In this document: positions 36,171 through 47,005 of the stretch, piece after piece | How positions within the stretch are numbered: the first letter of the stretch is position 1 | Layout of the letters: each line of letters begins with the position of its first letter | Source of the DNA: Anthoceros angustus | Lineage: Eukaryota; Plantae; Anthocerotophyta | Assembly: GCA_010909165.1 (NCBI GenBank) | Contig: MU008163.1 | Coordinates: 992,001 to 1,056,000 of the forward strand | Length of the DNA: 64,000 bases | Direction of reading: 5' to 3' | The notes under the pieces: model-generated | Database searches by the model: none | Seen by the model: the letters and a program-made list of their open reading frames with translations, nothing else | Told to the model about the DNA's origin: nothing | Program-made: the position numbers and the translations under genes

Positions 36171-37231
36171 TCTTCCTGAGTCCGGACTCGGTCCCAGTCT
36201 TCTTCCGGTCCTGGACCTCGGTCGGTCTTCGCCCGGTCCGGACCAGTGGTCCGGACTTCCTCCCGGAGGCCGACCTGGATCCGTCCTTTCTCAGAGTCCG
36301 GACAAAGTCCTGACCAAGACACCGGCTTCTTCCCTCACGGACTTCTCGGCTCTCCTCGAGTCCTTCCACTGCCCCTGGTGACCTTCATGGCCCTCCTTCC
36401 ATGGTGAGGTGCAGTGCCACTCTTGGGCCGCATCACTGCCTTCGCCCGCCTCCACCGCTCCCCTCACCGCCGCTACCTCGCCAAACAACGCCCCAAGGTC
36501 CCGTGGCGCACTATCTCGGCCTTCTTCCCGCCTCCTTCGGACCCGTCTGGAAGTCCGGGTCCACCGAGGGTGACGGTGCCTCAGGCTGAGCACCCAGAAG
36601 TAAGTCGGGAGTCGACTGCCGAATCGCCTCCTCCACATGGCCCCGTGAGCACTCCAGACTCTGCCGCCAAAGGTGCTCCTGGCACTGGCGTGTTGTTCAC
36701 GGGCCTCTGCTTCGCCAGCTTAGCAACCGGCCGGGCGAGACTCTTGAAGCCACCAAAGCGGCCTCGACACCTCCTCGCACTTTGCTGCCGCTCAACGCGC
36801 TCCTCCTCTTTGTCGCTTGTACCAGCCTAATCGATCGCCATGGAGCCCAGCTCCTTCCACCTCCCGTGAATCCTGGATGCGGAGCCGCTTCCTCTAGCGC
36901 TCTCTTCCCTCCGCTTTACCCAGAAAGGTCCGCCACCTCCCTCTCCAATCGGATGGTATCTCCATCCGACCCTCGGCTTCCTCTAGTTCCTTCTCACTGC
37001 AACGCCCAACTCCTTGGATAATCATGATTTTCCTCCGTCTTGAGCCGAGGCTACTCTATTCGTGCTCGATCGTGGATTCTCTGAATTGAGAATCACTGCT
37101 CCGGCGCATCTTGGAGTTGTAGCTCCAGCGTGTCCTTCATCCTCCATCTGTTGCGCCTCTCCTCACTTCCTGCTTGGTACATGCTCGGAGATCTCCTATC
37201 TCCCGAGTGCTGGCCTCCATCTCCCCTTCTC
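36171..37231 (-). mobile_element. Host TE accessory ORF, distal part (coiled-coil, degenerate knuckle, CCGGA-rich repeats); continues 43290-45350
   Basis: E/R-rich coiled-coil reading frames run up to the TIR junction on both sides; the CCGGA-rich flank also resembles 30070-30177. Confidence 0.45.
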
Positions 37232-39774
37232 GGGTTAACACGATAAAGTTGCAAGGGGTGAATATGCGAAGGGGTTTTGTGTACTATATCACCAAAGGGG
37301 TTCGCAATGGGTTGGAAAGCGGTGATTCCATGAAATTTAGAATTACACCTTTGAAAATGAGTGGCGACTCGATGGCGCGTTGCTTTCAAGAACCCTTGAT
37401 TAATACATGCATAGTATTGTAAACCCACACACCTCTCTAAAATATGAAATGAGCCCATGAACCTCCCATTCGGCCGGTCATTCGCACCAAAGGCGTGGTC
37501 CTTTTCGATACAATGACATCATGGTGGACCCTAAGGCGTTGCACCATTTCAGTCGTGGCACAGCAGAACTTGAGAGGCTATGAAATGGCAAGGAAATGAT
37601 GGTAAGAACAACCTCCATATTTTATGCCACCTTAACATTTGAATTGATTTTGTGGGATGGGCCGTGGCCATTTGGCCACCCTTGTCCAGGCGACGTTGTA
37701 GCAAACCCGGCTTGGATTGATAGTCTGTAGTGCTGCGTTATACGATGCGATTTGGCGCCGCCTGGCCGGCACCAAAGGACGTCATTGCCCACCTACCAGT
37801 GGAGCATGCTCACCATGGTCATTCATGGATGGACGGAATGCATTCCTAAGAAATAATTGAAACTTTTAACGGTGAACCTCCTTCTTATGTGCATCTTTGT
37901 TGTAGCTTCTATAGGAACAAGTGTTCGTGGATGCTGACCTTCAAGGCACACAGCCTGCTTCAAACACATACAATCTCAGAACACTGCTAGGTTGTGTTCG
38001 TGTGTCATATTTCAACAATGGTTTCATTCATGACAATGTGAAGATTTTAGTTTAGGTTTGTCGCAAAATCAAAGATTGACAATTGGGTGCTCTATTTCAT
38101 GAAAAAGGCAGAGACAAAACAACAGTAATGCCCACTCTGCCCGATGCATCCAGGTTTTTCATCATTCGGCTACTACATCAACTGCTGTAAACATACACAA
38201 TGACATACGCGGTGTACACGCTAAGGTTCTTCCGCAACACAGTTTCCGTCAACATCATCCATGTTGTCCATATCCAACTCCTCCTCATCGCTATTATCTG
38301 ACCCACCCTCCTTTGGTACAGTTGAATGAAGCCAGCTCTTCCACCTCCCGTGAATCCTGGACATGAGCCGCTTCCTCCTAGCGCCTTCCTCCGCTACGTG
38401 CAGAAGGTCCGCTCCCTCCAATCGGATGGTATCTCCATCCGACCCCTCGCTTCCTCTAGTTCCTTCTCGCACTGCAACGCTCCAACTCCTTGGATAGTCG
38501 CCGATTTTCCTCCGTCAGACGGAGAGCTGGAGGCACTCTATTTCGTGCTCAAGTCGTGATCTCTCTCGTTGAGAATCACCGCCTCCGACGCATCTTGGAG
38601 TTGTAGCTCCAAGTGTGTCCTTCATCCTCCACTGCTGCGCCTCTCCTCCACTTCCTGCACTGCTACTTGAGATCTCCTATCTCCCGAGTGCTGGCCTTCA
38701 TCTCCCCTTCTCGGGTTAACACGATAAAGTTGCAAGGGGGTGAATATACACGAAGGGGGTTTTGTGTACTATATACGCCAAAGGGGTTCTAATGGGTTCT
38801 AAATGTTGATTCACATGAAATTTAGAATTACACATCGAAAGCAAGGTGGCATTTCGATGGCTTGATTAAGCTTTCAAGAACCCGCCAAAGGTTCTGCATG
38901 GTATTAGTAAAGCCACACACCTCTCGAAGTAACGAAATAGAGCCCATGAACCTCCCCATTCCGGCCGGTCATTCGCACCAAGACTGTGGTCCTTTTCGAC
39001 AATGACATCATGGTGGACCTAAGACGTTATGCACCATTTCCAGTCGTGGCCTGTGAAACTTGAGAGGCTATGAAATGGCAAGGAAATGATGGTAGACAAC
39101 CTCCATATTTTATGCCACCTTAACATTTACCCGAATTGATTTTGTGGGATGGGCGCCGGCCGGCCGGCTTCCACCCTTGTCCAGGCGACGTTGTAGCAAA
39201 CCCGGCTTGGATTGATAGTCGTAGGTGCTATACGATGCGACGGCGCCTACCGCCGGCACCAAAGGACGTCATTGCCCACCTACCAGTGGAGCATGCTCAC
39301 CATGGTCATTCATGGATGGACTGGAATACCCTAAGAAATAATTGAAACTTTTAACGGTGAACCTCCTTCTTATGTGCATCTTTGTTGTAGCTTCTATAGG
39401 AACAAGTGTTCGTGGATGCTGACCTTCAAGGCACACAGCCTGCTTCAAACACATACAATCTCAGAACACTGCTAGGTTGTGTTCGTGTGTCATATTTCCA
39501 ACAATGGTTTCATTCATGACACGGAATTATTGAAGATTTTAGTTTAGGTTTGTCGCAAAATCAAAGATTGACAATTGGGTGCTCTATTTCATGAAAAAGG
39601 CAGAGACAAAACAGAATGCCCATCTCATGCATCCAGTGTTTTTCATCATTCGCTACTACATCAATCACCGAACATATACCAATGACACGCTTAAGGTTCT
39701 TCCGCGAACAGCCCCAACATCATCCATCCAACTCATCGCTATCCTCACCCACCACCTCTGGGTTGAATGAAGCC
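36844..39774. repeat. Tandem duplication of a ~1.45-1.49-kb unit (36844-38330 and 38331-39774)
   Basis: Colinear copies, from agctc(c)ttccacctcccgtgaatcctgga to gttgaatgaagcc, each containing the left TIR. Confidence 0.9.
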
Positions 39775-40500
39775 CGTAACTCGTTTAGCTTCTCCTTTAT
39801 AGCCCTTTTGTCGTTAGCGTATAAATGCTTCCGCGTAGTAAGGTTGAAACCATAGTACAATATTGTTGTATCATTCATGTAAAGCTCTTGTACATTTTTG
39901 GGGTACACGGCCTTGACTGCTTGATGACCTCGCCTCATGCAGCTTGGGCCCTTGTCTCATGGACGATGTACTCTCAACATATCGCCCTTCGAAGGCGTCC
40001 GTATGTTCCTATCCTCGCACTAATGGACTAGCGACCGCCAGAAGCATCATGTTTCACTTCCACCACCTTTCCTATCCAAAAAGGTCTGTTGTGCGTGTCC
40101 GTCAAGCATGGAATTGCGACGAACATTCCATTTTCAATCTCCGCCACATCGCCATTCACTCGGTCCATTTCTTGTTGCTGGCGAGCAAGTGGCTGGTAAG
40201 CCCCCAAGTACATATCACGCCGTGGAAGCTCCCTCAATAATGCTTCATCTAGAAGGGTTTCATTTGGTACACGCAAAGGCTGGACTGTATCTGCAACGTC
40301 CGACCTTGAAAACCATTTCCACGGCTCGAGAGCCACCCATGTTGTTTTCACGACACGCAATCTCATGCCGGCGTCCTCCTGTACGCCTCCCACTACACAA
40401 ATGTTCATCTCGCAGAATATAAGCACGCAAGCAGAGCCCTTCCTTCGGATGGGCCACACCTCCGTTGGCTTTAAACCCGAATCGAGCCCTTTTGTCTCTA
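39720..40500 (-). CDS. C-terminal fragment of a second, divergently oriented transposon ORF (putative transposase tail, unclassified)
   Basis: GMFVAIPCLTDTHNRPFWIGKVVEVKHD...TTILYYGFNLTTRKHLYANDKRAIKEKL; lies inside the TIRs; no catalytic DDE/D region visible. Confidence 0.45.
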
Positions 40501-40649
40501 GATCAGTGCTTGGAGAGGTGTCAGTGATGTCGCTTGACGACGAACTTCAAGAACTCAATCCTCTTCGCCTCCCAAAGCGTTTAATATTGCTTGCTTCGAA
40601 TAACTGACTAGACCTCACCCTTATCCTCCGTGTTATCTTGAACTGGTGT

Positions 40650-42938
40650 TGGAACGAAAAAAAAGGTTTCAGTATGTCGAGAAGACGGTGGTCTCACGCT
40701 AGAGATGCGGGTTCACATGCATCACAATATTATGCCTGGACAAGAGAAGAAAAATGTCTTTCATCGAGCAGGTCAGGTATCTACGTGATGAGCTTCTTAT
40801 CGCCAAGCGTGAAGAGGTGCATATGACAATGGCATGGAAATTTAATTTGTACAAGGTTTTGGGCCTCATTGACGACGACGAGGGGAGAGAAGACGATGTG
40901 TACAAGCAAAATAAGGTCGACAACAGGACCCATATACTTTGTATTGCAAAGCAAGAAGGGAGAATTTGGGAGAATATTGACAAAATCTTTACGAAGTGGG
41001 AGGCGTGAGTGCTGGAACAGAGAAAAAACAGCCCGGCACAAGCAAGAAGGGGAAAGGAAAACGGAAGGTCGGGGAAGACTCCCAGAAGGTTGCCGCTGCA
41101 TATGTGAAGCCCAAGGACATGCTAGCAAAGCCGTGGAAGGCTTTCCAGGGTATACCTCCAGGCGAGTGCGGACAACAAATTTTAATTACTGCAACAGAAA
41201 AAGTCTTGGCTGGCCTCATAGACCTGAAAGGCATGGACGACGACATCACTTTGCGGAAGAAGCTGCATATTATCCAAGTTGCAATGGCGAAGCATCTTGG
41301 TTGTACATCGTTTGAGGAAGTTCGGCGGGAGTACCCTCAACATTCAACGGACACGATGATCGCGCGTTTTCAAACACAGTTTGCGGGAAAGGTAAGACTA
41401 CCCCACGGCCTGTATTTCTACTTCCATGAGTGGAGGGTTGAGCATATTATGGTGATCGTGTGCATGGTGAAGGGGTGGTGCCCCCTCTCGCTGATTGGGC
41501 GCCGGCCAGCGGCGCCCTTCCTGTTTTGTGGATGGGCGCCGGCGGCGCCTCCACACTGCACATGCGGGCGCGGCCCGGCCCGCCTCCACATGAGGCTGCA
41601 CAGTGGCGCGGCCGTGGCCCCTCCATCCGTGGATTGCGGTGCGGCTGGCGGCCCTCCATATGTTTTGTGAAAAACATGTCATTTTGGTTGAGCGCTGCGG
41701 GCAGCGGCCATAACCCCTGCCGTATTCCGTTCTGACGTTTGGTATTATATCTTGCAGCAATTAAAGGACATCGACAACCTGTCCCGGCTTCCAGAAGATT
41801 TCCAGCATTTTATTTTCGAAGTCAACAACTGGAAAGGGCTGGAAAATGAGCAGAGGGCCTTAGCGGACAAAGACATGGAGGAGGGGCTATTTGTTTTCAA
41901 CGTGCCATCAGGCGACTCTCAAGTTCAGTATCAGATTGAGACCCGCAGTGTGCTGGACATGCGTGGCTATTTACGCGCCCGGCAGTATTCGCTGTTCGTG
42001 ATGGATGTGCCACTTGGGGGTTCAATATCGGCCCAATGGATACAAGAATTGACGGCAATATGATGTCAACAGTGTTCGAGAGTTTTGCGGAGAAGACAAC
42101 ATCAGAGGAATTCCGCTTTATTGTGATGCATGGAGTGGAGGACTCCCACCTTTGTCGAGAGAATGTATGAGGAAGTGGTGTCGAAAGGTGGGATGGTGTC
42201 TTCGCTTGGGACAAGAACATGCACCGAGGTGTGGGTTGTGAAACATTGGAGTATGTCATCGTAGGGTGTGTGAAGGAAGAATGTCCAGGTATAAAGATGC
42301 TCCTGAACTCGAGGCGATTCAATAACGGAGCTCATTAGTCACGATACATTGCCAGAAGAAGGTATACTTATCTCATGACAAACGTGGTGTGCCCCTACCA
42401 ACGGCCATTGGGCCTTATGAAGACGTTTGTGGAGGCATTTTCCAAAGAAGGAGAGTGGGTGGTTGATGCATGTTCGGCGTGGCACAACCATCCCCTGACA
42501 TCGAGTGGTCGAAATCGCGCGGACATGAGATGCGCTGGGTACATTCCCCAGCGCATTCACGGATTTGAGGTTTTACCAAATGGAGAGGAGGGGCTTACTT
42601 TCGAGCCGCATGGACGAGGACCCTCGCAGTTTTGGGCAAAGGAAGTGTGCATTAGCGACACAGACTGCATGAAATCTCAGATTGTGTCCTTACGGTCCAG
42701 AAGGAAGAGGAGGAGCGAGGATGACACTTTGGAACAAGGGCAAACGACTTTGGATGCTGCTTGGGGAAACACAGAGGCGAGCGACGACCAAGGAGATGAC
42801 GGCACGCGCGATTCTCTTGCACTGGAGGAAATCGATACATTCGAAGATGATGCTAGGAATACTTTGCGTGATGTTGCTGTAGTGTTGGACTCGGTGTCGC
42901 CACTGGAGCCGGTTTCCTCTTCGCTTGGCGGACAGTAG
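40650..42938 (+). CDS. 5'-truncated beta-class N6-adenine/N4-cytosine DNA methyltransferase gene, intron 41392-41757
   Basis: MSFIEQVRYLR...VDNRTHILCIAK homologous to copy 1; motif IV SLFVMDVP (42004-42012); CPYQRPLGLMKTFVEAFSKEGEWVVDACS-GTT (42465-42489); gtaag...ttgcag intron. Confidence 0.8.
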
Positions 42939-43289
42939 TTGCAACTACATTGTATGCACACTTTCCGAGAACTGTTCTGCTACTGTGCCTGTTGGCTTTA
43001 ACTGCTTTCGGTTAACATTTTTGTTCCATAGTGAGTTCCAGCTTCCATACCCCTGTACAAGACTGCAGAGAAGGCGCCGGCCAGCCGGCACCCTCAGCTG
43101 CTTCTGCAGCCTCGCTTGCTTCCGGACACTGGATCTGGCACTCCATGTGCACGTTTCATGGTCATGTTCGCAACGTCTCGCTTCAAATAGAGGATAACTG
43201 GCCGGTACGCATTTGGACAAGAGGGTCCACCCCTCTTCTAAGGGGGTTTGTATATTAACCCCCTTGCAACTTTATCGTGTTGGTTACCC

Positions 43290-45350
43290 TTGCTCGCCCA
43301 TCGCTGCCTTCGAATTAACGCGGTGCCTCACGACTCTCCACCGGTTCCGATCACGTCGTGAGTGATCCCGTCCGACCTTTTGCGCGCCTGGGCCTCGCTG
43401 CCTTCACCTTAGCCTCGCTGCTTGGTGTAGGTCAACCGCCTCGGCCAAGTCACGGGCGTTCTCCGCCCGCCTGTCCTCCTCCGCCTCCTTCTGCCTCCGC
43501 CCCACGTTTGCGAGAGGTCTTCACTGCAGATGCTTGGGCCTCGCTGCTTGTTGTTTCACGTGTGAAGAACCTGGCCCGGCCCCGCCGGCCTGGCCTCGCT
43601 CCGCCTGGCTGCTTTCCCTCCTCGATCCGGCGAGGACTCCGCCTTTCTTTGCCCCGGCCGCCTTCACCGCCCTTGGAGTTCCACCATCCTCCTCCGGGTG
43701 GCCTCCACTTCGGTCTTCCAGCATTTTGAGGTCGCCAAAGATACCGTCCCATGACGGTAGCTAAACCCGCGTTCCTCCACGGCCACTGGGAGATGCCCAG
43801 AAGTCCTTGGTGGGCGCGGCATCTCCGGGTCCGTCAAGGATCATAGCCCCGAGCGAGTCCGGACCGGGTTCTCCGGATCAGTCGGGACCCGAGTCCTGGT
43901 CCGGAGCCTCACCCTCCTTGGCCCTCTTGGCGCATGAGCTCCTTTTCCGCCTCTTTCTCCTGGGCTTGAGGGGTGAAGGAGTCCGAGCTGGCCCTTTTCC
44001 TCTCCCCTTCGGAGCAGGACGGCTGCAAGGCGCGCTGACCTCCCGCCTCCTTGGGCAGCGTCCTTTCTCGCCTCCCCACGCCTCTTGACTTCTTGCACTC
44101 CTGGCGTGGGTAAGGGCACTGCACCTTCCGAGGTGCTGGTAGGCGGCACCGTCTTCCGCCTCTTCGGCTCCCGACGAGTTCGGCCGGGGCTCGCGGCCGT
44201 CGTGGTTGTTGGTCGGCCCTGCCGGTCTTTGGCCTGGAGCCGCCAACGCCCTTCCCAGCCCCTCCTCAGGCTGCCGCCCGAGGGGCACCAAAAGGAGGGA
44301 AGGGGGAATCTCCTCCCAAACTTCCCTAGGTGGCGAGGGAGTCCGTTCCAGGCGTATGGAGTCTGGAATGCCTTCCCCTGCCTTCCTCCGGACTCTCTCT
44401 CTTGCCGGCGGACCTCCGCCTCGGCCTTCCCCTCCTAGGGGCGCCAACCCTTTCTTCAGGGCTCGTTCCTCCTCACCCTTCTTGAGGAGCCCCCGCCATG
44501 GATCAAGAACGCGGCGTCGGCGCCGATGGAGGTGGCTTCTCACACCTCAGTTTGCGAGCCTCCTGACTGATCCTTCCGTGAATTATCTTCCCCAATCTGC
44601 TTTTTTCCGCAGTCGTGGAGGAAGACCAAGAGATTATCACCAAGGTGATCCACCTTGTCAGATGTTCCAAAGGACGATTATTTTCGCCATCGCCTTACCT
44701 CTTGTCCAGAGCTCCGACACGCCCATCCGTTCGAGGATCGCTGTGTCCCTGGGCGTAGGAGGGCCGCCCTAGCCGCTTCCACCTTCCCCTTTACCTTCAG
44801 GGGCTCCGGCACCACACCTCCTACCTCCTCCACTGGGCGGCGATAGACTGCCCTCAGGACTTCCACCGTCCATCTTTTCGGGTCCTCTCGCAAGTTCCTG
44901 GAGCGGACCTCCTTCCTTGCCACCGCCAGCATCTTCCGGGCGTATTCCCGGACCATGGTGACGCTATCGTAGGTCCAAACCGCCTGGAAGATGTCCAGTG
45001 CCACCCTCGACCGGGCCTCCGCCTCGAGCCATGGACCAAATCAGGCCCTGTCACAATGTTGCGCCCTCCAGGCTGCACCCACTCCTCCGACGCTTGGGTG
45101 CCATCGCTGGCCGCTTGTTTGCTCCCTGAATTTGAGGCGCGCTGCGCCTCTCTCCGCTATGCTAGCTCCTTCCTCCGTGAAATCAAGCCGCTGGGGACAC
45201 CTTGGCGCAAGAAGAGACTCCGCCAAAGAGCCGGATGTCTGAGGAGGAGCGCGAATCGCAAAGAGGTTTGGGAGAATGACTTCCCGCCACGCCTTTCTTC
45301 TCGAGAGTAACCCACGGAAGGACGGCTCTTCACCGTCCGCAACCGCTGTG
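43290..45350 (-). mobile_element. Host TE accessory ORF, proximal part (plant-mobile-domain-like plus low-complexity/coiled-coil), degenerate
   Basis: WTVEVLRAVYR...SSNGWAC...IIVPL...DCGKKADWE, the style of accessory ORFs of bryophyte/fern retroelements; interrupted by the TIR element. Confidence 0.4.
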
Positions 45351-45865
45351 GGTCCGCATGGCTTACTCCCTACACGCTTTAGACTTACGCCACAGACTTA
45401 GCCTTACGCCTGGCCGCACCCGGAGCGTGAATACCGCCATAACGGCCACCGGGCTAGGCACGGTCCGCTCACTGCATGCCCGACCTCCACTGTACGGGCC
45501 CACGTGGCGCCCGCCGCCTAGTCTGGCCCTCACGACTCAATTCTAAGTTACTTCCCGTGTACTTATCCTGCTCGACTCCGAGGGTCCGGACTTACCTCAC
45601 AGACTCAAGGACATCCGGGGCTTCTCCGGACTTGCTCCGAAGTGTAGTCCGGAGCTTCTCCGGACTTACTTCCTCCTTTCCGCCTTATTTATCCTTCGTT
45701 CCTACGAAAAAAACAAAAACCCTACTTATTTCCTAACCCCCCAGGGAAGTCCGTAGCCCACATCCCGCAAAGGCCACTGCGGTCGACAGAGGGAGTTCTC
45801 GTAAAGGTGACCCCCTATTATGTCATTCTCGGCTTGGACATATTAATCATGATAAGCTTCTAGAG

Positions 45866-46504
45866 ATGTCTAGGCAGGATTTATTGAGGGATAAGCTACC
45901 ACACTTTTCACAGACTACACCGTTATGTGAACCTTGTATATATGCTAAACAACGTAGCTTCCCCTATCCTACTCTACCTGCCCGTCGGGCTACTCAACCC
46001 TTAGAGTTGGTCCATGTTGATCTTTGTGGTCCACTCCCAGTCTCTTCACTTGGTGGCGCACTGCACTTTATGACTATAGTCGCTATACCTTTGCTATTCC
46101 GCTCAAGTTGAAGAGTGATTCCTTCGGCTCTTTTACTCCTTTTGTCACTGGTCGAGCAAACTTGCAAAGCTTCGTGCATTAGATCCGACAATGCAGAAAT
46201 TAAATCAATTCAAGGACACTGTGTTGAGAGGGGATTCTCCCATTTCCCCCTATACTTCCTAAAATGGGGTTGGCCGGGAAATCTGACTCGCCATGGCTAT
46301 GCTAGCTCACTACCTTCCCAAACCCTTTCGGGCGAATATCTGGAGTATCTGCGCAACAGGGTTCTTTCCAAGTCAGCTCCCGGCCAGACTCCCTTTGAGT
46401 CTTGGCATGGATATAAGCCTCTTATTACTCATCTTCGCATTTTCGGCTGGCACATACATTACCTGAAAAGTTACCTACTATTCAACAAGACACAAGAAAA
46501 CTAA
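45866..46504 (+). mobile_element. Ty1/Copia GAG-pre-integrase and integrase fragment
   Basis: LCEPCIYAKQRSFPY...RATQPLELVHVDLCGPLPVSSLGGALHFMTIV; IRSDN; YLRNRV...TPFESWHGYKP.ITHLRIFG. Confidence 0.88.
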
Positions 46505-47005
46505 GTTATTTAACTCCTCTAAGACGGCATCCATGTGGTGAGACTGGTACTTAGGCATGTACTAATAGGCAGCTTGTACATATCATGCATGGTATAGCTA
46601 CGTGTCTTGGTGGTAGTACTTAAGCAAAGCCATCTTTTTTGGGCTGGGCTCTTCGGACATCACTATGTAACTCGAGTGGATTTGATCTGCGGTTCTATCG
46701 GGGAAAGGACCGTGACATCAGGCGAGACTCCACGCCCGAGTCCATCCGAGCCCTAGGTCTCAAGGAACCCTCGGTTGCGGCCCCCCTTCACCCTCTACTA
46801 CCTTTTCTCATCCAGAACATGACCAGAACGACTTGACTGGGGTATAGTACCACAACCAGTTCTGGAGCCAATGACGGAATGGTTGTTTAGTGTAACGATC
46901 GAATGCCACAAGGGGTGCGTGTTTTGTTGACGGAATGTGTGATATAATATCACCATATGTATCAGGATTTCAATTTCTGTTTTCGGTTGTAAAACCGGAA
47001 GACCT

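Larger units (their letters stand above)
38713..43289. mobile_element. TIR DNA transposon (internally deleted) carrying an amino-methyltransferase gene
   Basis: Left end GGGTT-AACACGATAAAGTTGCAAGGGGGTGAATATAC (38713; duplicate at 37232). Right end GTATATTAACCCCCTTGCAACTTTATCGTGTT-GGTTACCC (43250-43289). The 32-nt core has 1 mismatch. Flanks are TTCTC and TTGCTC. Confidence 0.82.

Noticed and set aside
8350-43289. Bacterial or phage contamination as the source of the methyltransferases
   Set aside because: The amino-MTase has spliceosomal introns, the C5-MTase is embedded in gag-pol, and both are interleaved with plant TEs and genes.
46605-46618. tcttggtggtagta matching LSU rRNA
   Set aside because: Only 14 nt; the flanks do not follow rRNA.
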